A stretch of DNA of 64,000 nt, taken from NCBI RefSeq assembly GCF_964355755.1, contig NC_092673.1:11690948-11754947 (forward strand), read 5' to 3'. The first letter of the stretch is position 1. Each line of letters starts with the position of its first letter. Shown piece after piece: positions 1-11,624 of this stretch. The stretch comes from Antedon mediterranea. Lineage: Eukaryota; Animalia; Echinodermata. Made by a program: the position numbers and the translations under genes. A model generated the notes under the pieces. The model saw only the letters and a list, made by a program, of their open reading frames with translations. It ran no database searches and had not been told where the DNA came from.

Positions 1-297
1 TCAGATTTTCATCTCAAAGTGACGAGTTCAAATCTAGTTGTAACTTTTTTTTTCTTTTTTGTAAATATTTTTCTAAATATAATAATGAGTGATATAAAAT
101 TCAATTTAAATTAATACAGGTTAAATAAACATTTAGTTGGAATTTTATCACATTTATTAATTAAGTTAAATTAAACAATTTAAGCACATTTAAAACATTT
201 TTATGTTAAGCACATTAAATAAACATTTACCGTAGATTAAATATTTAAAAATAGTTAAAATTTAAACATTTTACAATTTTATAAACATTAGTCAAAT

Positions 298-875
298 CTA
301 CTCTCGTTGATGTCTTTGTTTAAATTTAATCTGTCTGCGTGCAGAATCAATAGACTTAAGGCATTCCTTCAATCGGAGATCGATTTCTCCAACAGGGACA
401 GTAGCTAAGTTACTTCGGTCTTGACGATTAAGTCAATTCTGGTCGTGTTGAGTCGAGCAGCGCCATTTCGTTCTGACGTGTTGTAATTGCGTCTTTCTTC
501 CTTGGTGAAGTAGTATTTTGTCAATAGTCATGCCATATTTAGTCGGTCGTTGGTAAAGTTGTGTAGTCGTCGCTGTAAGTGTAAGTCCTGTGGAATTTGA
601 TTGGGGTCATTGTTCAATGGTGGTTATTGGTTTTGTGCTGCTTATGGCTGCTGTTGTCTGATGGTAGTTTGTTGTTGAAGTGTTGCCATAATGTCAGATA
701 CCTGTTGGTGCAGTGTTTGTTTTTGTCCTTTGTGTCTTTCAGTTGGTCTTCCACACGTCCCAGTCTAAGTTCAAGTCGGTCTTGGAAATGTCATTTCCTT
801 GTCGTAGTCATTGGTCAATTCGGCTAGTGTCTGGTCTGCGTTGTGGAGGTCAATGTTGTCGGTATCATAGATCAT
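298..875 (-). pseudogene. Decayed ORF with N-terminal coiled-coil-like segment and C-terminal BEN-domain-like region
   Basis: Minus-strand translation across stops/frameshifts: MIYDTDNIDLHNADQTLAELTNDYDKEM../FQDRLELRLGRVEDQLKD../NMA*LLTKYYFTKEERRNYNTSERNGAARLNTTRIDLIV../LKECLKSIDSARRQ, matching the BEN pattern LLxxxFTxEE...N..G...L...R...I ... C..xID...R. Confidence 0.55.
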
Positions 876-1099
876 AAATCGGTTCTTAAATTCTTCAGTC
901 AGCAGTTAGTTGTATTGTGTATATTATGGATTGCAATAAATATTACAAACAAAAAACAAACAAGGTTATTGTATCTCAAAAAGTTAACCTTTTCGCATTA
1001 TAACCTAGAAATAGGTATCCCAATGTAAAAATTCAAATTAATGATGGTACTTTTTCTTTCAGTTAATCAAAAGGAACTTAAAGAAAATAAACATTTGCA

Positions 1100-1681
1100 A
1101 TTTAAATGATAGAAATCGGATTATCAATTCAAAAGTTATCGTCCGTTGAAGTTGCCAAAAAACGACGATATTCATAAACTCTGAAAGAGAAATCACTACA
1201 TGTCAAACTTAAAAACTTTAGAGCCAATTTTGTAATACATGCCTATGTTTATTATAGCTTTTCAGAATTAAATGCAAAAACAATACTTCTTATTCAACTT
1301 TTAGTCAGTTGTGTATGGCTTGGTGGTCTGTGCTCGCGTCTATAGCATTCAAGGTACCGAAATCGAGTCTCACCTTGGGAAACAAAAGGAAATAAGTTTT
1401 TGAATATCCGTATTGTCAATTTTATTTCTTAGTGTATAGATTATACGCATGATTTATAATGAAATCTAGGACAAATGTAACTTATATCTTTATTATTATA
1501 TAACAAAGGGGGTTTATGACATTATACCCAGAGAGATCTTTGATCAGATTGTGATACCGGCTATTGTATTTGCTAGATCCTATCTTTCATAAATTATAAA
1601 TAATTAAAGATTCCTGAAAATGGTTCTTGTAAAAATCAATGCATATAACTATAATTCGTCATAGTGACGAATTAAATCTAG
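1100..1681 (+). mobile_element. Non-autonomous Helitron/Helentron-like element (3' hairpin + CTAG); 5' boundary approximate
   Basis: AATTCGTC-atagt-GACGAATT hairpin followed by aaatCTAGtt at 1654-1683; the same terminus recurs at ~10-38, ~40358, 45004 and 59498. Confidence 0.55.
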
Positions 1682-2166
1682 TTTATTATTGATATTGTGC
1701 CAAAGATTTGTAAATGTGAAAATTATCTTTAATAAGGGAGCGTGCCCAAATGTTTCAACTTTGTTAATCGTGTTGATCAACAATGCTCTATTTATGCAAG
1801 CTGATTTACATACGTTTCTACAGCGTTAGGTTAGTGTAGTGATGCGAACAGTATTTCAATAAACCAGCGGAGTTCCCCCTGAAAGCATTGTGACGTATTG
1901 TGTGTTTGGCAGATCCTGCTAGCGACGTAAAGCTATATTTATCGCATCAGACATGATTATGAATATGAATATACTTACTAGTTACTTATATTTTAACTGA
2001 ACTGATTTACGATTTTGATGATGTTCTTATCAACAAACAAACAAAATATTTATTTTAAATAATCGATTTCTCTGACTTCAACTTAATGAAGTTCAAGTTA
2101 AGAAATATATCGCTGACCAGCCTGGTACTAGACATAAAATTATTAATAATAATTACTGTATCCTAC

Positions 2167-2705
2167 TGTACCAACCAGGCTACCACCTTACAATGTAGCA
2201 ACCAGGCTACCACCTTACAATGTAGCAACCAGGCTACCACCTTACAATGTAGCAACCAGGCTACCATCTTACAATGTAGCAACCAGACTACCACCTTACA
2301 ATGTAGCAACCAGGCTACCACCTTACAAAGTAGCAACCAGGCTACCACCTTACAATGTACCAACCAGGCTACCACCTTACAATGTACCAACCAGGCTACC
2401 ACCTTACAATGTACCAACCAGGCTACCACCTTACAATGTACCAACCAGGCTACCACCTTACAATGTACCAACCAGGCTACCACCTTACAATGTACCAACC
2501 AGGCTACCACCTTACAATGTACCAACCAGGCTACCACCTTACAATGTACCAACCAGGCTACCACCTTACAATGTACCAACCAGGCTACCACCTTACAATG
2601 TACCAACCAGGCTACCACCTTACAATGTACCAACCAGGCTACCACCTTACAATGTACCAACCAGGCTACCACCTTACAATGTACCAACCAGGCTACCACC
2701 TTACT
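2167..2705. repeat. 27-bp minisatellite, ~20 copies (TGTACCAACCAGGCTACCACCTTACAA)
   Basis: Direct tandem repeat; early units mostly TGTAGC, later units TGTACC. Confidence 0.95.
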
Positions 2706-2938
2706 TATCAACATTATAAATATTATTAGAGTCAAAGTTATCGACCAGGTCGAGGGGAAAATTGAACCGAAAAAACATGCGGCCCCTCTTCGGTGTAGGC
2801 TAATACACAACGTTCAGCGAGGCAAAAAAATGCAAACGCGCGTGCCGCTCTAAAGGCCTACCTGGATACACACAACCTGAAACAGAACAACTCGCATTCT
2901 TATCATGTAACAGGGACCATGTTGTTATGGTCATCCTA

Positions 2939-3762
2939 GGGCCTGTTTCTGCTGCAACTGCTCAAAATACGGTATAAAAATACGGTATAAAATACGGTAT
3001 TTTTTATACCGTATTTTTTAGTACCCCGTTTCTGCTAACAATACTTCTTGGGTGGTCGTGTTAAATTTCATCTTTTTTACCCAAATTGCCATTCATTTAT
3101 TTGATCGATAATTAAAAGTCGCAATAAAGGAAATTTTACGTCTCACTTTCAACAGCCTAGCCCTAGTGATAGAGATGTTGTGAGAGCACAGAAAACATCG
3201 TAATGGGGACAATTAATTCGTTCCCTCCCCGAGTTATTGTATTTTACAATGTTGTACTACTTTCGCAGGCTCTTCAGCTTTGAGTTTACTTGCTTTGGAG
3301 ACAAGTCTATTCCATACTCCTGCTTTATTTTTTTAGAAATGTCTTTATAAATGTGGTTGTCCCTTTTATTACCTTTTAGTTGGCCAGACATTTTAGCTTC
3401 CCCACACACATTTATTTAGTAAAACTGTGACGTCTTCGCTCCACATTTTCGCCGAATATATCTATACACGTGTGTAAAGCAGCTGACAGCGACAGAAAAT
3501 AAAAACACAAATGTTAACCTTTTGTCATGTAAAAAAAAAATACGGTATTTTTTATTGGCAGCAGAAACGGGTACAAAAAATACGGTATAAATTTGTAAAT
3601 ACCGTATTTTATCCACAAATTTTGTGGGGAAAATACGGTATACAAAATACGGTATATTTTTTATGAGCGCAGTTTCTGCTGCCAAAAATATACCGTATAT
3701 ATACGGTATTCAAAAAATACCGTATAATATACGGTATTTAGTTGGCAGCAGAAACAGGGCCC
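2939..3762. mobile_element. MITE with GGGCC(C)TGTTTCTGCTGC terminal inverted repeats and multiple subterminal AAAATACGGTAT motifs
   Basis: Left GGGCCTGTTTCTGCTGCAACT, right AGTTGGCAGCAGAAACAGGGCCC, flanked by TA on both sides. Confidence 0.8.
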
Positions 3763-4428
3763 TAGTCAATCTATTGACTATGCTCTCATGTTTAAACAGT
3801 GTGTACTGTTATATCTTTACACCAGTACACACTTGTCTGGCTGTGTTCCTTTGTTCGAATCGGTTGATCGATATAATAATATATATTCTGTGGCAATATC
3901 AAAAACAACTTTTTTTTTGTGCAATAAATTTTTATATAATTATAAAATACATTTGAGTTAAAAAATGTTTCATATTTATAAAAACATGAGTTTTTTTTTA
4001 ACTCATTTTCAGCTATGAAAGCCAAAGCAAAGGTTTTTTTTTCAATTTTGATAATGAACAATATTTAACACTTTTTATAGTTTTAAAAATGTAATACAGT
4101 TTAGTAAATGAATGACATGCACGCCCTATAGTAGTATGTAATATTAACAACATAACAATAGCGATATTCTACTCTGTTAATAGAATAATATGCAAAGTGT
4201 ACCGAAATGAAAATGTTTTTTAGAGAAAACTATGTAAAGAGATAATGGCTTATGTATGGAAATAAAAAATACACCTAAAGAAAAAAACAGTAACACATAG
4301 ACTCACAGTTTTTAAACAAATATTTTAAAGTTTTTATTTAAATTTATTTGCCAATTTGGTTACCCATTGACTTTAGACATGCCTGAGAAATTCCCAATTT
4401 TATTCTGATTTTTTTTTTATTTTCGTAG

Positions 4429-4524
4429 AAATTATGTGAACATGTATGTGAGCTGCTTCTGGAAGAGTCCAATGTGCAGCCAGTTAGCACACCAGTTACA
4501 GTTTGTGGTGACATTCATGGACAG
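4429..4524 (+). CDS. PPP6C: Serine/threonine-protein phosphatase 6 catalytic subunit, first coding exon within the window
   Basis: ag|[32 protein letters not shown]|gt, 96 nt; PPP motif GDIHG. Confidence 0.95.
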
Positions 4525-4961
4525 GTATAAAAGTCTGTTTTACACAAAATACTCACTCACTCATTATTGAAGTTCTCTAACAATTGTAGTACTGTAGCTT
4601 GCTTGTTCAGTTAACCTTTGCTAGAGGATGTTTGACCTGTATCTACGCACGCTAGCCGTTCTCAAAGTCACAAATGGCGCCTGAAAGTCTCATTTGGCGA
4701 AAACAAAAGTAGGCATAATTCGCCAGATGACGAAGCTGAGCTTTATATATTGTTTTTTCCATACGTAATAGAATCATTAGATTAATATAAATTGCCAACG
4801 AGCGAAAATGTACAGTGACTCCACGATCTAGTCTCTCACCTCAGGGAAATTCCACTTCTTCAGCATCATCGATCAAAGTGCGCTGATTGTTTAAGTGGCA
4901 GATTATTCGTTAAAAGACACAAAATTTACAAATATCAAATTTGATCAATGTTTACTTTCAG

Positions 4962-5027
4962 TTTTATGATTTAGAAGAATTATTCAGAACAGGTGGCCAG
5001 GTTCCTGATACTAATTATGTATTCATG
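4962..5027 (+). CDS. PPP6C: PPP6C internal exon
   Basis: ag|[22 protein letters not shown]|gt, 66 nt. Confidence 0.95.
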
Positions 5028-5247
5028 GTAGGTCTGACATTCTGTTTAAAAAACATAGGTTTACACACAACTTTACTTTTGAGTATGTTAATTTTATCCA
5101 TGAAAAATCAGTGGAGTTGCTCTGTATTTGAACACATCAGTTTTTTCTCTGCGGATTATAATATAATTTGACCTTGAGAGTAATGTCGTAAGCTAATACT
5201 CTACAAAGGCCAATTTACACAGACGAGTGGTAACGGTAAGTGGAAAA

Positions 5248-5379
5248 CCAGTGTGGCGCAGGGTGTTGGACTACTGATCGTGAGATCGAGGTTCGAACCC
5301 AACTCTCGCCGCATTTTTTGTATCCTTTTAGGCAAGATACTTTACTTACGTTTGCCTCTCTCCACCCAGGTGTATAAAT
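5248..5379 (+). mobile_element. tRNA-derived SINE fragment
   Basis: A-box-like TGGCGCAGGG and B-box GGTTCGAACCC, then ...TCCTTTAGGCAAGATACTTTAC...CTCTCTCCACCCAGGTGTATAAAT, resembling the conserved central domain of Deu/Nin-type SINEs. Confidence 0.7.
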
Positions 5380-5442
5380 ATCAATTTTCAAAAATTATCT
5401 ATTGTATCTCAAGTCTCAATAATTGTGTATCTGTATTCTCAG

Positions 5443-5584
5443 GGTGACTTTGTAGATCGTGGATATTACAGTTTAGAAACATTAACTCGTTTATTGACAA
5501 TCAAAGCCAAATGGCCTGACAGAATCACACTTCTAAGGGGTAACCATGAAAGTCGTCAAATAACACAAGTTTATGGTTTTTATG
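5443..5584 (+). CDS. PPP6C: PPP6C internal exon
   Basis: [47 protein letters not shown], 142 nt; GDFVDRG and RGNHE catalytic motifs. Confidence 0.97.
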
Positions 5585-5783
5585 GTAAGTTTTGTATATA
5601 ATTTATTTCTTGAATATTACAAAACAGTACATAATAGGTAGTTACATTTGTAGGCTGCTTGTTGGATTTGTAACCACAATAAACAACAACAACAACATAA
5701 CCAAGATGATAGACAACACTATGATTTTCTTTGTAAGTGTGTGAAAAGAGTTAATTTCAACTATTGATTACTTGAAGAAACAT

Positions 5784-5854
5784 AAAATTGTCCCAAGAAT
5801 ATTTAATACAATACAATTTAATTGTATTGTATTAAATATTCTTGGGACAATTTT
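5784..5854. repeat. Perfect 71-bp palindrome (35-bp arms, 1-nt spacer)
   Basis: AAAATTGTCCCAAGAATATTTAATACAATACAATT-T-AATTGTATTGTATTAAATATTCTTGGGACAATTTT. Confidence 0.9.
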
Positions 5855-6086
5855 TAGGTTAAATACAATGTTTTTAATCGTTTAGTTTCTGTTGTGTTAT
5901 GTATTCAATAGCAAAATAAATTTTCTACTGGGGAACCTTAAAAAAACTAGGCCAATTTCAACAATATAGTATGGTGGTGGTTTATCGAAGAAAAAGAAGT
6001 TTGTTGATCATATCACTGAGGCTTTACTTACTGTATAGTACCATTATAAAAATAATTAATTGTACTTTATTACTTTAATTTTGTAG

Positions 6087-6166
6087 ATGAATGTCAGACA
6101 AAATATGGAAATGCAAATGCATGGAGATACTGCACCAAAGTTTTTGATCTTCTTACAGTAGCTGCA
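6087..6166 (+). CDS. PPP6C: PPP6C internal exon
   Basis: (D)[26 protein letters not shown]|gtaagt, 80 nt. Confidence 0.95.
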
Positions 6167-6699
6167 GTAAGTGTTGTAGTTCTACAGTACACAATCTTGT
6201 ATACTAGAGTTTCCCACAATATGTGCCATGTCAAAAGCAGTGCTGAGTCGCAACCCTGACTTTTGATATACAATGTGAAGAATGAGATTTGAAAAATGCA
6301 TCACATCAACCTATATCAGCAGTATTCCAGTCAATGGAATTTAGTTTGATTAGTTTTGATTCCCAGTAGAAAAAAAATCCTGCCACAAAAAAACACAAAA
6401 GATGCCCATCACAAGTGTGGAATCTAAAAAGGAACCCTGGGCTAGTACTTATAAAACTTGGATGGAGTTTGATGTTGGTACCTTTCACACCAAAACAGTG
6501 GTGTGTTCCCACAGTTCACCCTCTGGAGAACGTTCAGCTGTTCAACCCCGCTGTTTTAAACACCAGAGTTGTGTGATTTTACCTTTTACACCAAAACAAC
6601 TCCGGAGTATCTCCACAGTTTTGAAAGGGGTTTAAAGACACATCCCTAAAAAAAATAAAATATCGTTATTTATCTAGAGTTCTTTAACAGACTTACTAT

Positions 6700-8050
6700 T
6701 TATTTTGGCAAACATAATCCAATATGGATTTAGAAAAACTAATTTGGCACTAGTTGACCTTTGTGACAGAGTATTTAGTTCCATAAGCAAAAATGAGTTT
6801 ACAGTTGGCGTCTTCCTTGATCTGAGTAAGTATTGTGTCTCCATGGCCTTCCGCTACAATTGATCAAAAGTTACTTTTAAAGGTCAACAATTCACAACAT
6901 TCTCCTCTTTTGACTCTACCTATTCAAATATTATTTGTGTTGTGCTCTTAGGCCCTCTCCTCTTGTTTGTCTATGTGTTTGATTTGCCAAACTCTTCTAA
7001 ACGCCTTTATTTTATTCTCTTTGCCGGCGATTCGAACATCCTTCATTCCCATCAAAATATTAATGTTCTTTTTGAACAAATAAATTTGGAACTCAAACCG
7101 GTATCAAATTGGTTTAAACCCAACAAACTGTCATTAAATATTTCCGAAACCAACTTCATAATCTTCTTACGCAAAAATACTAAATCAACTCATTCAAAAC
7201 ACAAAATTGTTGTTGACGCACTGAAATTACACGAGTTCAAGAAACTAAATTTTTAGGAGTAACCATAGACTCCACATTGTCATGGAAATCACACATTAAT
7301 AATATATGTAATGTCAAGAAATATTGGTGTAATTGAAACATTATCTTCCTATTAATATACTCTTTATTTTATACAATGCATTAGTACTTTCTACAATGCA
7401 TTAGTACTTTCTACAATGCATTAGTACTTTCTACATTTCTTACTGTAATATTGCCTGGTCCGGTTCACTAAAAAAGTTTGGAAACTTATGCCCCTGGACA
7501 AGCTTCGAAACCACTCATATTTACGGTTTATTTAAATTACAAAAAAGTGTAATTTGCATCTGTTTAAGGGTTAGTCTTAACTCTCATTCTAAAAGTTGGT
7601 TCCCACTAGAACGTAACGCAAGGATGTAAACGCAACGCAAGCGTTTTAACCAATGACAAGCGAAGTTATAGACAGTTAGCAATCACAAGCGAATAAGCCA
7701 TCGCTTGTGATTGGTCAATTCACTTGCGTTGCATTATGTCCTTGCGTTGCGTCGCTAGTGGGAACCACACTTAAGGCGTTATTTTATAACCTAAAGGTCC
7801 TAAATATTTTTGATATCAAATACAAACTACTATCTTTATGTTTCAATCCCAAAACTCTCTTCCAACTCATATCACTTCCCTATTTAGCAAACCATCCATT
7901 TTATCACTTGATGCGTTTTTCATCATCTAATTTTCACTCAAAATTTCGTCCCTCACAAATTACCAGAAACTCTATTATTATATCTTAAGTACCAATTCAT
8001 CTAAAATCAAAGAAATCAGTAGCCAGCTTCAAAATCACTTATAAAAGAAA
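6700..8050 (+). mobile_element. Degenerate CR1/L2-group LINE reverse transcriptase fragment; boundaries approximate
   Basis: Remnants QYGFRK, VGVFLDLSK, LGPLLLFVYVFDLPNSS..LYFILFAGDSNI, WFKPNKLSLNISETNFIIF, FLGVTIDSTLSWKSHI with stops and frameshifts. Confidence 0.8.
7594..7772. mobile_element. MITE inserted in the LINE fragment
   Basis: TIR GGTTCCCACTAG...AACGCAAGGA / TCCTTGCGTT...CTAGTGGGAACC; a diverged relative lies at ~14112-14263. Confidence 0.75.
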
Positions 8051-9205
8051 TCAATAATTAACGACTACATTTCCTAATTTATCTATTTTAAAAAAATCTG
8101 TTTTGTTAATAATAATAATCTTGTATTAGTAAGTTTGAAAACTTGAAAATAAATAAATGAAATTTAAAAAAAAAGATGTATTTCCCTCTGAAAAATAATT
8201 TTTTACAATTTTGTTGTTGAATATGCCATTTTAACGTCGCATAATAGTTATTTACTTTTACCAAAAATTGGATCTGAAAAAAAATTATTTACCTGAAAAA
8301 CTGTAATTTAAAGCAAAAAAATAGTAAAAGGGTTTTGGTTGGATTTTGTTTGTTTGTTTCTTTATTTCCATTCACAACAAAAAACATAAACATACATAAA
8401 AATTCATTGCCTATTGTATGCAAATGGATAAAAGGCACATGCCCAACCATGGCTTTACCTAATAATAAAGAACGAGACAATTAATCCTTTAGTCTTTTTT
8501 TAAATATTGCCTATACCGTGCTGGAAAGAAGAAGAAAAGAGATCATGCAGGAATTAACATTAGAATTGCACTTAAAATCATTTTTATAATGTAGGCGGCC
8601 TACATAAATTTAGAATACTATAGTATTATTGCGCCTACTTTGCAAAAATAACAATAGGCCTATACCCACCACACGGGGGGCCAGCAATCTTTGTGTATAA
8701 TACCATTCCAATCGTTACGTTTATAAATGAAATAATATCAGTCGTTGACAAATCTTCTCATAAATAGTATAACATTAATGCAAAAATGCCTTGAAAACTA
8801 GGCAGGAACAGGTTGCCGTTTCTAGGCCTTACCTAAAAGCCTTAGCCCTAGCCAACAATGAGCGAGGCGCACCCTTAATTGTCGAAAGTTAGACTTATAC
8901 ACTGAAATATATGGTAGGCCTAGTCTAGACGTCCTTACATAATACAAGGCCTATTTCTGGAACATTAATAGTCTAGGTTAGGCCTATTTGACCAATGCAA
9001 ACAAAAATAAAAGTTTTTTCTTTTTTTTTTGTAACGATATCACTAGAGTTGAACTGGATTTTACTCGTGTGATTGTCAATGATACAACTTGTTCATTGTC
9101 AGTAATTGAAATGTACTTTTTCTTGTAAATTGTTAACATTTTGCAATTTAACGTTGCGATATCACAAAAAGTGAAAACTATTCAAACTCTAATTTGTCAT
9201 TTCAG

Positions 9206-9323
9206 ATTATCGATGAACAGATTTTGTGTGTTCATGGCGGACTATCACCTGATGTAAAAACTTTGGATCAAATACGAACCATAGAGCGTGCTCAAGAAAT
9301 TCCTCATAAAGGGGCTTTTTGTG
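9206..9323 (+). CDS. PPP6C: PPP6C exon upstream of the AT-AC intron
   Basis: ag|[39 protein letters not shown] + G|atatcctt, 118 nt. Confidence 0.93.
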
Positions 9324-9540
9324 ATATCCTTTGTTATTGTTACCAACTCTTTATGTTAAAATGTTTAAGAAAGAATATTTTACATCTGAAATCAAAATTT
9401 GCATTTTTTCCTCACTTTGTAGTATAATTAAACTTGATTGAGCATATAGTTCTTTTGTCTCTTTTTGACCAAGTTGTATTTTGATAACAAAAAAACAATA
9501 GACCACACAAGTTAATTTTTCTTTAACTTATAAAAATTAC
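9324..9540 (+). other. U12-type (minor spliceosome) AT-AC intron, 217 nt
   Basis: 5' site ATATCCTT, branch site TTTCTTTAAC (9518-9527), 3' end AC; removal gives TGT G|AT CTT = conserved AFCDLVWSDP. Confidence 0.92.
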
Positions 9541-9632
9541 ATCTTGTTTGGTCAGATCCTGAGGATGTTGATACCTGGGCAATTAGTCCACGTGGAGCTG
9601 GATGGCTGTTTGGGGCGAAGGTCACAAATGAG
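9541..9632 (+). CDS. PPP6C: PPP6C exon downstream of the AT-AC intron
   Basis: (D)[30 protein letters not shown]|gtcagt, 92 nt. Confidence 0.93.
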
Positions 9633-9716
9633 GTCAGTTACATAAACACTCTACCACATCATCATTATTTTCTTATTATCTAGTATTCTCTTCTTTGCCT
9701 TTCAAAGTAACCTTAA

Positions 9717-10061
9717 AGATGTATTGTCCCCCAAAATCATGAAAAATAAAGATTTTGAAAATCGGACTTTGAATAGGCCATTTTGCAGTTTTAATGAAGT
9801 TGTTCACTTCCATAAGAAAAAAAATGGGGGAAAAAAATTATTTCACCTATAAAAAGACAAAATAAACAGTTAAATTACTCAAAAACTCATTGTCTTCCAG
9901 ACAATTTGACCATTTTTTGCTTTAAATTACATTTTTCTCAGGTAAATAAAAATTTTTCAGACCCAATTTTTTGTGAGAGTGAATAACTATTATGTGACAT
10001 TAAAATAACATATTCAACAAAAAAATTTAAACAAAATTTTTTTTAGAGGGACAATATATCT
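9717..10061. mobile_element. TTAA-flanked MITE (Kolobok-like)
   Basis: ttaa|AGATGTATTGTCCC...GGGACAATATATCT|ttaa; family relatives at ~44012-44558, ~21495-21512 and ~49990-50006. Confidence 0.75.
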
Positions 10062-10738
10062 TTAATGTAATGTTGAATTTTATGCACATATTTGTCATCA
10101 TTTTAAATCAGGATGGTATGTTATAAGCATTTTTTCCAGTGGATGTTAAGTTATGTCAATTTCAACCATTGAAGTTGAAGAGAGTTTAACTTTCACAATA
10201 TGATTGTTAAAACTGACCAATCAAATGGTTTTACAAAGTATGTTATAGTTTGTGTACGCGCTGATAATTCTTCCAATTCAATGATGTTTTTCACCTTCTT
10301 TGCATACTTTTAAGTTAAGATATTTCAAAATAACAAGTGTAAGTAAAACTAAATTTGAATACCAATGCAATTTAATTTAATTTTTGTCTTTATTAATAAA
10401 CATAAACATGTCTCAGACTAGAGTGCAGTATCAAGAACCCAAATGTTTGCAATTTTCCCACGGAGCTGACTGCGCATGCATGTCCCAATAATGCTCGATA
10501 GAAACAGCAAATATATAAATATGTAAATATTAGCTTTTTGGCTCGATGATCATCATTGTTATTTATTCAACACAATATCGACTGGAAAACAGGCTTTACT
10601 TATAGAATATGTATTATATACTTGATTGGCACATTGAGTAATTAAACTTGGTACTTGAGTACTTGAGTAATTAAACTTTTTAGACACAAATAATGTAAAT
10701 GTTTTACTTTGTGGATTTCTTTTTTTAATTTTTTTTAG

Positions 10739-10987
10739 TTTGTCCACATCAACAATCTAAAGTTAATCTGTAGAGCACATCAGCTTGTTCATGAAGGTTA
10801 CAAATACATGTTTGACGAGAAGCTTGTGACAGTTTGGAGCGCCCCCAACTATTGTTATCGATGTGGCAATATAGCATCGATAATGGCCTTTCGTGATACC
10901 AATAGTAAAGAACCAAAACTATTTCGTGCTGTACCGGACAATGAAAGGGTTATACCAACAAGAACCACAACTCCTTATTTTTTGTAA
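10739..10987 (+). CDS. PPP6C: PPP6C last coding exon
   Basis: [51 protein letters not shown]...[13 protein letters not shown], 249 nt; SAPNY motif and PP6-type TPYFL C-terminus. Confidence 0.97.
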   Translation, partial: FVHINNLKLICRAHQLVHEGYKYMFDEKLVTVWSAPNYCYRCGNIASIMAFRDTNSKEPKLFRAVPDNERVIPTRTTTPYFL

Positions 10988-11257
10988 TAGTTTTTAAAAG
11001 CAATTATGATAAAGGTATTATGGGATAGGTTAAGTGAAAATCAGGCTTGTATAAATGGAACACGTTCTGTGTTTGGTACTGTATACAACTTATTTATATT
11101 CATTGTCAGGCTTTCAACGAATGAATACAAAATTGTTCTATAGCAAACTTAATGTTCTAAAGTAACTTTCATTCAATTAAGCCGTTTACTCAAATATCAA
11201 AAGGCTATCAAAATATTTGCAAAATGCAACAGAATTTATGGAAACCAACATCAGATT

Positions 11258-11624
11258 TAAGGACACTTTTGCAATCCAATTTACAAACTGCTTTCTATAT
11301 GTGCCTATTGCAATAATTGTTTAGAAATTTGAACAGCCGGCTATAAATACCAGCATGCGGATTGATATTTTCGTTTTGTTTCTGTGATTCATCCACTTTC
11401 GATCGAGTCATTAGATTCTGCCAAAAAAGTAAGACAATTACAGTAATTCAGCAACTAGACAATGGCGGGCTAGGTCTGTAGCTAGCAACTAGACAATGGC
11501 GGGCTAGGTCTGTAGCTAGCATATAATGTTTCTTTGTTGTTTACCAGCTAGGCTGGGCATAATTAACCATAATATATGCATTAGTTTTACAAAATGTCAA
11601 CAATCGCAGGGAAAGTGTCTTTAA
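11258..11624. mobile_element. TTAA-flanked MITE in the presumed PPP6C 3' UTR
   Basis: ttaaGGACACTTT...AAAGTGTCTttaa; internal sequence shared with ~12513-12915 and ~51680-52060. Confidence 0.6.

Noticed and set aside
597-827. Hydrophobic 76-aa plus-strand ORF as a membrane protein
   Set aside because: It is the antisense shadow of the G/T-rich BEN-like relic
2167-2705. CRISPR-like array
   Set aside because: Repeats are head-to-tail with no unique spacers, the context is eukaryotic, and there are no cas genes
5248-5320. tRNA gene
   Set aside because: No complete cloverleaf; it continues into a SINE body
9194-9427. PPP6C as a truncated pseudogene (frame runs into ILCYCYQ...)
   Set aside because: Explained by the AT-AC intron; the spliced CDS is intact
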